This document shows, piece after piece, positions 30,281 to 39,433 of a DNA stretch of 64,000 nt. The stretch is taken from assembly GCA_965223875.1 (NCBI GenBank), contig OZ245024.1:4810315-4874314 (forward strand), given 5' to 3'. A program made the translations under genes and the position numbers. The stretch is from Candidatus Multivoradales bacterium. Its GTDB lineage: Bacteria; Acidobacteriota; Thermoanaerobaculia; Multivoradales; JAHEKO01. Positions within the stretch are counted from its first letter, which is position 1, and every line of letters begins with the position of its first letter. Under the pieces are notes generated by a model. The model did not search any database. It was not told where the DNA came from and worked only from the letters and a program-made list of their open reading frames with translations.

Positions 30281-33151
30281 CTAGGGCGCCACCGCCTCGG
30301 ACTCCAGCCGGTTGGCCCAGTCCTCGGGGTAGAGAACTCCGAGAACGTAGCGATCCTCGTCGAGATAGCGCGCCGCGGCCTCGCGGATCACTTCCGGGGT
30401 GAGTCCGTCGACCATCTCCTCGAACGAGAGGATCTCGGCCGGGTCCCAGCCGTGGCTGACGTAGTTCTTGATCGCGCCGAGCCAGAAGCCGTTCTCCCGA
30501 AGGTCGGTCTCTCGCTTGCGCTTCTGCTGCTCGGTCACCTTGGCGACGTAGCTCGCGTCGACCCCCTCGGCCTTGATGCGCTCGAGCTCGGCCAGGGTCG
30601 CGGCGATGAGGTCCTCCGCGTTCTCGGGCGCGCAGCCGAAGCCGATGGTGAGCGAGTAGCCGTCCTTGGGGCGAGAGTTGACTCCGCCGCTCACCGACAC
30701 GCCGTAGGTCCCACCCATGTCCTCGCGCAGGATCTCGCGCAATCTCATCTCGAGCACCATGCGCAGCGACGCCATCTCGTACACCGCCTCGCGGCTGAAC
30801 TCGGCGGGCCCCGTGAAGACCAGTCGAACCTGGCTCTTCGGCTCGCCGCCGCGGAAGACCTCGAAGCGCTCGACGCTGTCTGGCGACTCGACGCCGATGT
30901 CACGCCAGGTCTCCTCGCGACGGGTCGACGGCAGGCCGCCGAGGTACTTCGTCACCAGCGGCTTGATCGTGTCGGGGTCGACGCTGCCGACGAGGACGAA
31001 GGTGAAGTCGCTGGCGTCGCTGAAACGGTCCCGATAGACGTCGTAGGCCGTCTGCAGGTCGAGCGCCTCGACGAAGGCGGCGTCGGGGGGACGGCGCCGG
31101 AAATGGTCCTGGGTCAGGGTTTCGACCAGCCGATCGTTGAAGACGACCTCGGGCCTGGTGCCGCGGTTCTCGATCAGGCCGCGCACCCGGCCGACGAAGG
31201 TATCGAAGGCCACCTCGTCCATCCGCGGCGCGGTGAAGTAGAGATAGACGATCTGGAGCATGGTCTCGAGATCGTCGGGGGAGGCGGCGGCGCTGATTCC
31301 CTCCTCCAGCTCGCCCAGGTAGGGAGACGCCTGAACCGCCTTGCCGGCGAGCATCTTCTCGAGCGTCACGAGATCGAACTCGGCCAGACCGCCCTCCTCG
31401 ATGAGAGTCGTCGAGATCGACGCCGACTCGTAGTCCTTGTCCGGGACGATCGAGCTGCCTCCCGGGCTGAAGCCGCTCATCAGAACCTGGTCGGCCCGGA
31501 AGTCGGTCGGTTTGACGATCACCCTCACGCCGTTGGCGAGCCGCCAGTCCACCGCGTCGACGCCGTCGAGACGCCGCTCGATGCGGACGCGACCTCCCTC
31601 GGGGACCTCGGCGAGCAGAGGCGTCTCCGGGACGACGTCCTCGTAGGCCGCGATCTCGGCGTTCTCGGTGGAGGAGAAGACCGCCAGCAACTCGTCGCCG
31701 CTGGGCAGCGTCTCCTCGAACTTGTCGGGAGCCGCCAGGAGAACGACCCGGTTCTCCTCGGTGATCCAGTCCTGGACGAGACCGTTGAGCTCGTCGACCG
31801 TGATGGTGGGGAAGAACTGCCGGATCATCTCGAGCTCGACGGCGATGCCCGGCGTGGGCTCGCCGAAGCGGAAGACCCGCGAGTATTCGGCCGCGTAGGT
31901 CCCGGAATCGAGGTTCTCCCTCTCCTCGTAGACGCGCTCCATGGCCCTCAGGTACTCGGCCTTGGCACGCTCGAGCTCGGTCTCCGTGAAGCCGTGGCGG
32001 TCGACCCGCTCGACCTCGGTGAGGAGCGCCTCGAGTCCGATCTCCACCTGGTCCTCCTTGACGGCGGCCAGTTGCATGAAGACCTCCTTGGAGCGGACGA
32101 ACCGGTTACTTGCGTCCGAGGCCGCCGCGAGGAAGGGGGGGTCGGGCTGACGACTCACCTCGTTGAGTCTCGAGTTGAGCATCGAGAAGTACAACCCCTC
32201 GGCGAGCGAGCGCCGGTAGTCGTTGGCCGAGCCCTCGGGCCGCCGGGGGAGTTTGTAGTAGATGCTGAGCAGCGTCGCCGGCGCCTCGGCGTCGGTGACG
32301 ATCGCGAAGAGCGTCTCGTCGTGGTCGGGCACCGGGTAGATCTCGCGCGGCCGCGGCGACTCCGGATTGGTGAGGCCGGAGAAGTTCTCGACGATCTGCG
32401 TCTCGACCGCGGATCGGTCGAAGTCGCCCACCGCGATCACCGCCATCAGGTCGGGTCGGTACCAGTCGCGGTAGAAACGCTTCAGGGCGTCCACTGGCGC
32501 GGTCTCGAGAATGTCGCGCTTGCCGATCGGCAGACGCTCGGCGTAGCGCGAGTCCTTGAACAGCACCGGGAACTGCTTGTCCCGGATGCGCGCTTCGGCT
32601 CCGAGTCCCAGGCGCCACTCCTCGACGACCACGCCGCGCTCCTTCTCGACCTCTTCGGCGGCGAAGGAGACGCCCTGGGCCCACTCGCGCAGAATCTCGA
32701 AGCCGGTCGACAGCGTCTGGGCGTCGTCGGTGGGCACCTTGAGCATGTAGACCGTCTCTTCGAAGCTCGTGTAGGCGTTGATGTCGGGCCCGAAACGCAT
32801 GCCGGTGCTCTCGAGGTAGTCGATGAGCTTCTGGCGCGGGTAGTTCTCGGTGCCGTTGAACGCCATGTGCTCGACGAAGTGCGCCAGACCCTGCTGGTCG
32901 TCGTCTTCCTGATTCGAGCCCGCGTCGACGAGCAGCCAGATCTCGGCGCGATTGGCGGGCTCGCGGTTCTCGCGGATGTAGTAGCTCAGCCCGTTCCCCA
33001 GCTTGCCGGTGGTGAGCAGGGAGTCGACCGGAAGCTCACCGTCGAGGTCGTCGCGCCAGCTCGGGGCGGGCTGCGCCTCGGTCTGGGCGATCGAGGGTAG
33101 CGCCACGAGGGCGAGAAGGAGCGAGAGGATGGTGATCGAGCGTCGTCGCAT
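30281..33151 (-). CDS. M16 family zinc protease (PqqL-like), exported
   Basis: HFVEH (inverted HxxEH), NAYTSFEETVY, YAERLPIG and FYRDWYRPD; signal peptide. Confidence 0.92.
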   Translation of the reverse strand: MRRRSITILSLLLALVALPSIAQTEAQPAPSWRDDLDGELPVDSLLTTGKLGNGLSYYIRENREPANRAEIWLLVDAGSNQEDDDQQGLAHFVEHMAFNGTENYPRQKLIDYLESTGMRFGPDINAYTSFEETVYMLKVPTDDAQTLSTGFEILREWAQGVSFAAEEVEKERGVVVEEWRLGLGAEARIRDKQFPVLFKDSRYAERLPIGKRDILETAPVDALKRFYRDWYRPDLMAVIAVGDFDRSAVETQIVENFSGLTNPESPRPREIYPVPDHDETLFAIVTDAEAPATLLSIYYKLPRRPEGSANDYRRSLAEGLYFSMLNSRLNEVSRQPDPPFLAAASDASNRFVRSKEVFMQLAAVKEDQVEIGLEALLTEVERVDRHGFTETELERAKAEYLRAMERVYEERENLDSGTYAAEYSRVFRFGEPTPGIAVELEMIRQFFPTITVDELNGLVQDWITEENRVVLLAAPDKFEETLPSGDELLAVFSSTENAEIAAYEDVVPETPLLAEVPEGGRVRIERRLDGVDAVDWRLANGVRVIVKPTDFRADQVLMSGFSPGGSSIVPDKDYESASISTTLIEEGGLAEFDLVTLEKMLAGKAVQASPYLGELEEGISAAASPDDLETMLQIVYLYFTAPRMDEVAFDTFVGRVRGLIENRGTRPEVVFNDRLVETLTQDHFRRRPPDAAFVEALDLQTAYDVYRDRFSDASDFTFVLVGSVDPDTIKPLVTKYLGGLPSTRREETWRDIGVESPDSVERFEVFRGGEPKSQVRLVFTGPAEFSREAVYEMASLRMVLEMRLREILREDMGGTYGVSVSGGVNSRPKDGYSLTIGFGCAPENAEDLIAATLAELERIKAEGVDASYVAKVTEQQKRKRETDLRENGFWLGAIKNYVSHGWDPAEILSFEEMVDGLTPEVIREAAARYLDEDRYVLGVLYPEDWANRLESEAVAP

Positions 33152-33306
33152 TTGGCAGACCCCCTGGCAGGACTCGGGGAAACGTACGGATAGGAGGGTG
33201 TCGCGGTGGCGTCACCGCCGCGTCGGCGACGAGGACGTTACCACGGGCGTCACCGGGCGGAAGTGCAATTCGCAGGCCAGCCCGGGCGTCTCCGCCGGGC
33301 CGCCCG

Positions 33307-35886
33307 TCAGGCCTCGCGCTGCAGCAGAGTCAGCGAGCGACCCAGATCCGGTCCGCTGCCGAGGATCTCCTCGAGCAGCCGGCCCCGCTGGCGCGCCAGG
33401 CGTTGCGGGACGCTCTTCAGGTTGAAGGCGGCCGGGTCGAGCGAGCGAGTCACCTCGCGCCAGCGCAGCGGCGTCGAGACCTTGGCGCCGGCGTAGGGGC
33501 GGACGCTGTAGGGGGCGACGAGCAGCTTGCCGTGTCCGTTCTGTACGTAGTCGATGTAGACACGGTCACCGCGCGACGACAGCGACCTCTCGATCGTGGC
33601 GATCTCGGGCAGCTCGCGGACGATCAGTCGCGCCATCAGCTCGGCGAGCTGCCGTGACTGCTCGTAGGTGCACTGCCCGCCGAGCGGCAGGAGCACGTGC
33701 ATTCCGGACCCGCCGCTCGTCTTCGGGTAGCTCGGAAGCTCGATGCTCTCGCAGAGTCGGCGAATCGCCTGCGCCACCTTCACCACCCGGTCGAACGTGG
33801 CCTCCTTGGGGTCGAGGTCGAGAATGCACCAGTCGGGTCGCTCGAGCGAGCCGATGCGGCTCGACCAGATGTGCAACGGGATCGCCCCGAGGTTGGCGAT
33901 GTAGAGCAGGGCCTCCTCGCTGTCGCACACGAAGTACTCGGTCTCGCGATCGCCGTCGCCGGACCACACGGTCTCGGTTCGGATCCACTCCGGCGCGAAC
34001 TCGGGAGCGTTCTTCTGATAGAACGACTTGCCCTCGATGCCGTCCGGGTAGCGGTCGAGCACCAGCGGGCGATCCCTGAGGTAGGGGAGGAGCCAGGAGG
34101 AGACCGCCCGGTAGTACTCGAAAAGGTCTCCCTTGGTGTAGCCCTCCTGTGGCCAGAAGACCTTTCCCGGGCGACTCACTTCGACGCGATCCGGACTCTC
34201 CTGGGGATCGGGTGCGGGCGCGGCCGGGGGCTCGGACGAGGGAAGATCATCACGGGTGCAGTCGCGGACCGCCTTGTCGTCGCGCAGGCGCCGGAAGACC
34301 GGGTGCCTGAGCTGGCCGGCACCGGTGATCTCGGTGAAGGCGACCTCGACCACCAGCTCGGGCTCGACCCAGCGGTGCTCTTCGCCGGCTGGAGGCTGCC
34401 CCGAGACGGGAGCCGTCTCCCTCTCGCTGGCCTCGAGGCGCCGACGCAGCTCGCCGAGCCGCTTCTGGCTGAAGCCGGAGCCGACCCGTCCGGCGTAGAC
34501 CAGCTCTCCGTCACTGGCCTTTCCCGCTCCGCCCTCCGCGACCGCAGCCAGGTGGAGCGCGCCGAGACCGTCACGCCCCGACTTGGGCAACGTGTAGCCG
34601 ACGACGGCGAAGTCGCCGACTCGTTCGGCGCGGATCTTGATCCAGCGCGAGGAGCGTCCACCGCGATAGACCGAGTCGATGCGCTTGGCGACGATGCCCT
34701 CGAGTCCGAGTCGCCGTACCTCGGCGTAGAAGTCATCGCCCCGTTCCAGGAAGTGGTCGGCGAAGCGGATCGGGCCGATCGTCGGCAGAAGCTCGCGCAG
34801 CAGGCTCTTGCGCTCGGCGAGCGGGACGCCGCGCAGGTCGTACTCTCCGAGCGCCAGCAGGTCGAAGGCGAAGTAGGTGGCGGGCATCGTCACCGAGGCT
34901 CGCTCGACGTCGATGCGTCGCGACAGCTGGGCGCGCTGCTGGAGACGCTGGAAGCTCGGCCGGGCTTCGTCGTCGAGCACGACGATCTCGCCGTCGAGAA
35001 CGATCGACGGGAAGGGGAGGGCCGACAGGGCCCGGTGGATCTCGGGGAAGGTAAAGGTGGCATCGCGTCCCGAGCGGTAGCGCAGGTCGACTCTGGTGCC
35101 GCGGTCGAGCCGGCCGAACGGGTCGCCCGGCCCGGCCTCGCCGCGTCGCGCCGCGAGCAGACGGTATCCGTCGTACTTGAGCTCGAAGAGCCAGTCGGGA
35201 TCGGTGAAGGCCTGGCGCTCGAGTGTCGCCAGCATCGGCTTGATCCGGGCCGGATCGACGCCGCCGCGCGGCACCTCGAGCGCCTCGATGCGAGCCTCGA
35301 GGGCCTCGAAGCGGCGGGGTCCGCTGGCAAGCTCCTCGACGGTGAGACCGGAGAGCACCGATCCGGGATTGGGGGGCTCGTCCTCGGCCGTCGTCGCCCA
35401 GGCGTCCGGCTTCTTGATCAGCAGCCACTCCTTCGGGTCCCGCTTGGTACGCACCAGGGTCCACAGACCGCGCATCTTGAAGCCCTTGAGATCGAACAGG
35501 AGCTTCCCCGTCTCGATGCCCTCTTCCGGATCGGTGTGGGAGATCCACTGGCCGCGATCCCAGATGATCATCGCCCCGGCGCCGTAGTTGCCCTCCGGGA
35601 TGATGCCTTCGAAGTCGGCGTACTCCAGCGGGTGGTCCTCGGTCGCTACGGCGAGGCGTTTTTCGGCCGGATCGGTCGAAGGACCGTGGGGCACCGCCCA
35701 GGAGCGCAGGACGCCGCCGAGCTCGAGCCGCAGGTCCCAGTGCATCCTCCGTGCGGCGTGCTGCTGGATCACGAACTGCCGCGGCCGGTCGAGCGCGGCC
35801 TGCCCGAAGGGCTCCGGAGTCGAGTCGGGAGAGCGCTTCGCTCGGTAGGCCTCGAGGCGGTCGCTCGGGCTCTCGTGGGGGCTCAT
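33307..35886 (-). CDS. ligD: NHEJ DNA ligase D (phosphoesterase-ligase-polymerase order)
   Basis: PE domain (FVIQQHAARRMHWDLRLE, TEDHP.EY..FEG.IP.G.YGAG); ligase motif KYDGYR and EGIVAKR; POL domain (DLDP, KTSGGSGMHV, YIDYVQN). Confidence 0.95.
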   Translation of the reverse strand: MSPHESPSDRLEAYRAKRSPDSTPEPFGQAALDRPRQFVIQQHAARRMHWDLRLELGGVLRSWAVPHGPSTDPAEKRLAVATEDHPLEYADFEGIIPEGNYGAGAMIIWDRGQWISHTDPEEGIETGKLLFDLKGFKMRGLWTLVRTKRDPKEWLLIKKPDAWATTAEDEPPNPGSVLSGLTVEELASGPRRFEALEARIEALEVPRGGVDPARIKPMLATLERQAFTDPDWLFELKYDGYRLLAARRGEAGPGDPFGRLDRGTRVDLRYRSGRDATFTFPEIHRALSALPFPSIVLDGEIVVLDDEARPSFQRLQQRAQLSRRIDVERASVTMPATYFAFDLLALGEYDLRGVPLAERKSLLRELLPTIGPIRFADHFLERGDDFYAEVRRLGLEGIVAKRIDSVYRGGRSSRWIKIRAERVGDFAVVGYTLPKSGRDGLGALHLAAVAEGGAGKASDGELVYAGRVGSGFSQKRLGELRRRLEASERETAPVSGQPPAGEEHRWVEPELVVEVAFTEITGAGQLRHPVFRRLRDDKAVRDCTRDDLPSSEPPAAPAPDPQESPDRVEVSRPGKVFWPQEGYTKGDLFEYYRAVSSWLLPYLRDRPLVLDRYPDGIEGKSFYQKNAPEFAPEWIRTETVWSGDGDRETEYFVCDSEEALLYIANLGAIPLHIWSSRIGSLERPDWCILDLDPKEATFDRVVKVAQAIRRLCESIELPSYPKTSGGSGMHVLLPLGGQCTYEQSRQLAELMARLIVRELPEIATIERSLSSRGDRVYIDYVQNGHGKLLVAPYSVRPYAGAKVSTPLRWREVTRSLDPAAFNLKSVPQRLARQRGRLLEEILGSGPDLGRSLTLLQREA

Positions 35887-35940
35887 GAACGCGGTCGTAT
35901 CACGGGTTGAAAGGCCTAACTATGCTATATTGCCGCAGTT

Positions 35941-36834
35941 ATGAGCGTCCGGCCAATCGCCTCGGGCACCGTTTCGTTCGGCCTCGTGGCCATTCCGGTC
36001 AAGCTCTACTCGACCGCGGAGAGCTCCCAGGCGATCCGTTTCAACATGATTCACGAGGCGTGCGGGACCCGGGTCAAGTATCGCTACTACTGCCCGACGG
36101 ACGAGGAATTCGTCGAGCGTTCCGATCTGGTCAAGGGATACGAGTTCGCCAAGGGCCAGTATGTCCTGTTCACCGCCGAGGAGCTCAAGGCGATCACGCC
36201 GGAGCCGACCAACGCGGTCGAGATCCTCGAGTTTGTTCCGCTCAAGAAGGTCGATCCCATCTACTACGAGAAGTCCTACTACCTCGGCCCCGACAAGGGG
36301 GGCGCCCGACCCTACCGTCTGTTGGTCGCGGCGATGCGTGAGACCGGCCGGGCGGCGCTCGCCCGTTACGCGGCGCGCGGCAAGGACTATCTGGTTCTCG
36401 TCCGCCCGTTCGAGGACGGATTGATCATGCAGCAGCTCTACTACGGTAACGAGGTGCGGGCCTTCTCCGAGGTGCCGGTCGACGACGCCGAGATCCGTGA
36501 CGGCGAGCTCGAGCTCGCGGTGCAGCTGGTCGAGCAGATCGCCTCGGACGACTTCGATCCGACCGCCTTCCAGGATGAGGTGAAGAGGCAGGTCCGAGAG
36601 CTGATCGAGCGCAAGGTCCAGGGCGAGGAGATCGTCGCCGCCGCACCCCAGGAGCCCAAGGCGCAGATCATCGACCTGATGGACGCGCTCAAGGCGAGCC
36701 TCGGGGAGAAGGAGACCCCGAAGAGCAAGCCCGCCAAGGGGCGCAAGAAGGCCTCGGCGCGCAAAGCGCCCAGGGCGTCCGGCGCCAGCGCGGCGAGCGG
36801 CCGGGGACGCAAGGCCAAGGCGGCGAAGAAATAG
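35941..36834 (+). CDS. ku: NHEJ Ku protein
   Basis: GTVSFGLVAIPVKLYST, LVKGYE, IDLMDAL.ASL and a basic Lys/Arg/Ala-rich C-terminal tail; divergent from ligD. Confidence 0.95.
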   Translation: MSVRPIASGTVSFGLVAIPVKLYSTAESSQAIRFNMIHEACGTRVKYRYYCPTDEEFVERSDLVKGYEFAKGQYVLFTAEELKAITPEPTNAVEILEFVPLKKVDPIYYEKSYYLGPDKGGARPYRLLVAAMRETGRAALARYAARGKDYLVLVRPFEDGLIMQQLYYGNEVRAFSEVPVDDAEIRDGELELAVQLVEQIASDDFDPTAFQDEVKRQVRELIERKVQGEEIVAAAPQEPKAQIIDLMDALKASLGEKETPKSKPAKGRKKASARKAPRASGASAASGRGRKAKAAKK

Positions 36835-36863
36835 GCCGCGCAGGCGGCCGGGGACGAGAGCCT

Positions 36864-37709
36864 ATGAACGACTTGGACGCTTCCGCCGGATACAAGACGG
36901 CCGAGGTGGCGAGAATGCTCGGCTGGAGTCAGGGCGCCGTGCGCTCGAGCGTGCGCAACGGCTACGTTCATCCGACCCGTGGATCGCGCCGGGAGTACCG
37001 ATTCAGCTTTCAGGACCTGGTGGCCCTGCGAGCGGTCAAGCAGCTTCTCGACGCCGGACTGTCGCGCCGACGCGTCGGGCAGGCGCTCGGTCGTCTGGTC
37101 GAGGATCTGCCCGCCGAGCGGACGCTCGCCGGCGTTCGGATCGTCGCCGACGGCGATCGCGTCGTCGTCGAGGACGGCGAAGAGATCTGGAACCCGGAGT
37201 CGGGACAGCGCGTGCTCGATTTCCGCGCCGCGGAGGCGGCACCCGCGGCGCCGCTCCAGCACGAGCCACCGGTGGTTCCGGCCGAGCCCGACCTGGCCGG
37301 CGAGGAGTGGTACCAACTCGGCATCGAGCTCGAGGCCGAGAACAGCCGCGAGGCCAAGGCGGCCTATCGCAAGGCGATCGAGATCGAGCCCGACCACGTC
37401 GACGCGCACCTCAATCTGGGTCGACTGCTGCACGAGGAGGGCCGGGTGCGCACCGCGGAGGAGTGCTACCGCCAGGCGCTCGAGCTGCGTCCCGAGGACT
37501 CGACGGCGTCGTTCAATCTGGCGGTAGCTCTCGAGGATCTGGGGCGGCCGATGGAAGCGCTGGCCGCGTACGAGAAGGTCATCGAGGCCGACTCGGAGTA
37601 CGCTGACGCCTACTTCAACATCGCCGGGATCTACGAGCGCCTGGGAAAGCGCGCCGAGGCGGTGCGCTACCTGAAGACCTACAGGGTGCTCACCGGCGGA
37701 CGCGCCTAG
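36864..37709 (+). CDS. MerR-type HTH plus TPR-repeat protein
   Basis: N-terminal YKTAEVARMLG...VHPTRG...YRFSFQDLVALR winged HTH; four TPR-like repeats (AYRKAIEIEPDH.DAHLNLG, CYRQALELRPE, YFNIAG). Confidence 0.8.
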   Translation: MNDLDASAGYKTAEVARMLGWSQGAVRSSVRNGYVHPTRGSRREYRFSFQDLVALRAVKQLLDAGLSRRRVGQALGRLVEDLPAERTLAGVRIVADGDRVVVEDGEEIWNPESGQRVLDFRAAEAAPAAPLQHEPPVVPAEPDLAGEEWYQLGIELEAENSREAKAAYRKAIEIEPDHVDAHLNLGRLLHEEGRVRTAEECYRQALELRPEDSTASFNLAVALEDLGRPMEALAAYEKVIEADSEYADAYFNIAGIYERLGKRAEAVRYLKTYRVLTGGRA

Positions 37710-39244
37710 GAGCCTGTCCGAGTAATCCTCGACACGAGGCGTTTGTCATGTTGAGATCAGTGCATGGCTAAGAGGTTTCGTTCGTGGGAGATAGATCAGA
37801 TCTGGCTGCTGCCGCCGTCGGTCCAGGAGTTGGTGCCGGAGGGTCACGTGGCGCACTTCGTTCGGGAGACGGTCCGGGAGTCTCTGGACCTGTCGTCGAT
37901 CCTTGGCGAGTACACCGAGGAGCGAGGGTACCCGCCCTATCACCCGGTGATGATGACGGCGTTGCTTCTGTACGCCTACACCCAGGGGGTGTACTCGTCG
38001 CGGCGCATCGCGCGGGCCTGCGACGAGCGGGTGGACTTCATGGCGGTGACCGCGATGCAGCGGCCGGACTTTCGCACCATCAGCGACTTTCGCAAGCGGC
38101 ATCTGCAAGCTTTGGGGGCGCTGTTCGTCCAGGTGCTTCAGCTGTGTCGTCAGGCCGGTCTGGTCAAGCTGGGGCACGTGGCGTTGGATGGGACGAAGGT
38201 GCGGGCCAACGCCTCCAAGCACAAGGCGATGAGCTATGCGCGCATGCAGAAGGCGGAGCGGGAGCTGGCGGCCGAGGTGGCCGGTTGGTTCGAGCAGGCC
38301 GAGGCTGTCGATGCGCGAGAAGACGAGGCGTTCGGTGAGGACAAGCGCGGTGACGAGCTGCCGGATTGGGTGGCCAACAAGCAGCAACGCCTGGCCAAGA
38401 TTCGCGAGGCCATGGCGGCTCTGGAAGATGAGGCCCAGCGCAAGGATCCTCCCCCGAGCGACCCGGACAAGCCCCGCCGGGGCCGTCCGCGCAAGCATCC
38501 TCCGGGAGTGCCCAAGCCGAAGGAGCAGCGCAATTTCACCGATCCGCAGAGCCGCATCATGAGGACCCCCGATGGGTTCCAGCAGTGCTACAACGCGCAG
38601 GCGGCGGTCGATGCAGCTAGCCAGGTGATCGTGGCGCGTGGCGTGACGCAGTCGGCCACGGACCGCCATCAGCTCCAGCCGATGGTCGAACAGATCCGGG
38701 CCCATACCGGGCAGGATCCCGGCGAGCTGTCGGCCGATTGTGACTACTGCTCGGAAGGCAACTTGGCCGAGCTCGAGCGGTGGGATTCGAGGCTACGTGG
38801 CCACGGGCAAGCAGCAGCACGGCTCGCCGGCACCGGTCGGCTCGCGTCCTCGCAACGGCCCTCTGACCCAACGCATGCAACGCCGACTCAAGTGTGGCGG
38901 GTACCGCAGCCGCTACCGGCTGCGCAAGCACACGGTCGAACCGGTCTTCGGGCAGGTCAAGAGTGCCCGTGGATTCCGACAGTTCCTTCTGCGGGGCGCC
39001 GAGAAGGTCACCGAGGAATGGAGTCTCGTCTGCACCGCGCACAACCTGCTCAAGCTGGCTCGAGCAACAGCGCCATGAGGCGCCCCGACGCGGCTTCTCT
39101 GCGCTCTTGCGCCACCGCCGACCTCCTTGGTGGCCCCTTGAGAGCCGTTTCCGCGCCACCAGCTCGATTGGCCGCCTCTCAGCAACCCAATTCGCTCATC
39201 GTGACCAGCGTACCCGTCTCAAACCGCATTAGCCGGACAGGCTC
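37710..39244 (+). mobile_element. IS1182-family insertion sequence (1535 bp)
   Basis: TIRs GAGCCTGTCCGAGTAAT and the reverse complement of ATTAGCCGGACAGGCTC (15/17 match); CTAG on both flanks (37706-37709 and 39245-39248). Confidence 0.88.
37764..39078 (+). pseudogene. IS1182-family DDE transposase, frameshifted
   Basis: N-terminal GYPPYHPVMM..LLYAY..G..SSRRI...PDFRTISDFR, VALDGTKV.ANAS and YNAQAAVD; the C-terminal part (GIRGYVATG...RKHTVEPVFGQVK..RGFRQFLLRG..KV..EW.L...AHNLLKL) lies in another frame, with the shift at about 38778-38784. Confidence 0.85.
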
Positions 39245-39248
39245 CTAG

Positions 39249-39425
39249 CCTGCGTTTTTCATCAGTCTCCGTAGCGAGCCGCGGGAGCTGCCCGTGGCTA
39301 CAAGGCGCGCGACCGAGGGCGCCGCAGGCGTATCCGCTGCGATACGTCGAGGCGCGCGACCGAGCGCAACGCAGGAGACACGGGGAGATCCGGCGGCGCA
39401 GTAGGAGGCTGGTGAAGAATGCAGG
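39249..39425. mobile_element. 177-bp MITE-like non-autonomous element
   Basis: 20-bp imperfect TIRs (39249-39268 vs 39406-39425, 16/20, all mismatches transitions); CTAG on both sides; internal 15-bp direct repeat AGGCGCGCGACCGAG (39303, 39350) around a CGTATC/GATACG hairpin. Confidence 0.72.
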
Positions 39426-39433
39426 CTAGGCGA

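Noticed and set aside
29987-33100. 1037-aa plus-strand ORF
   Set aside because: Antisense to the M16 peptidase, which has clear catalytic motifs.
33697-35910. 737-aa plus-strand ORF
   Set aside because: Antisense shadow of ligD.
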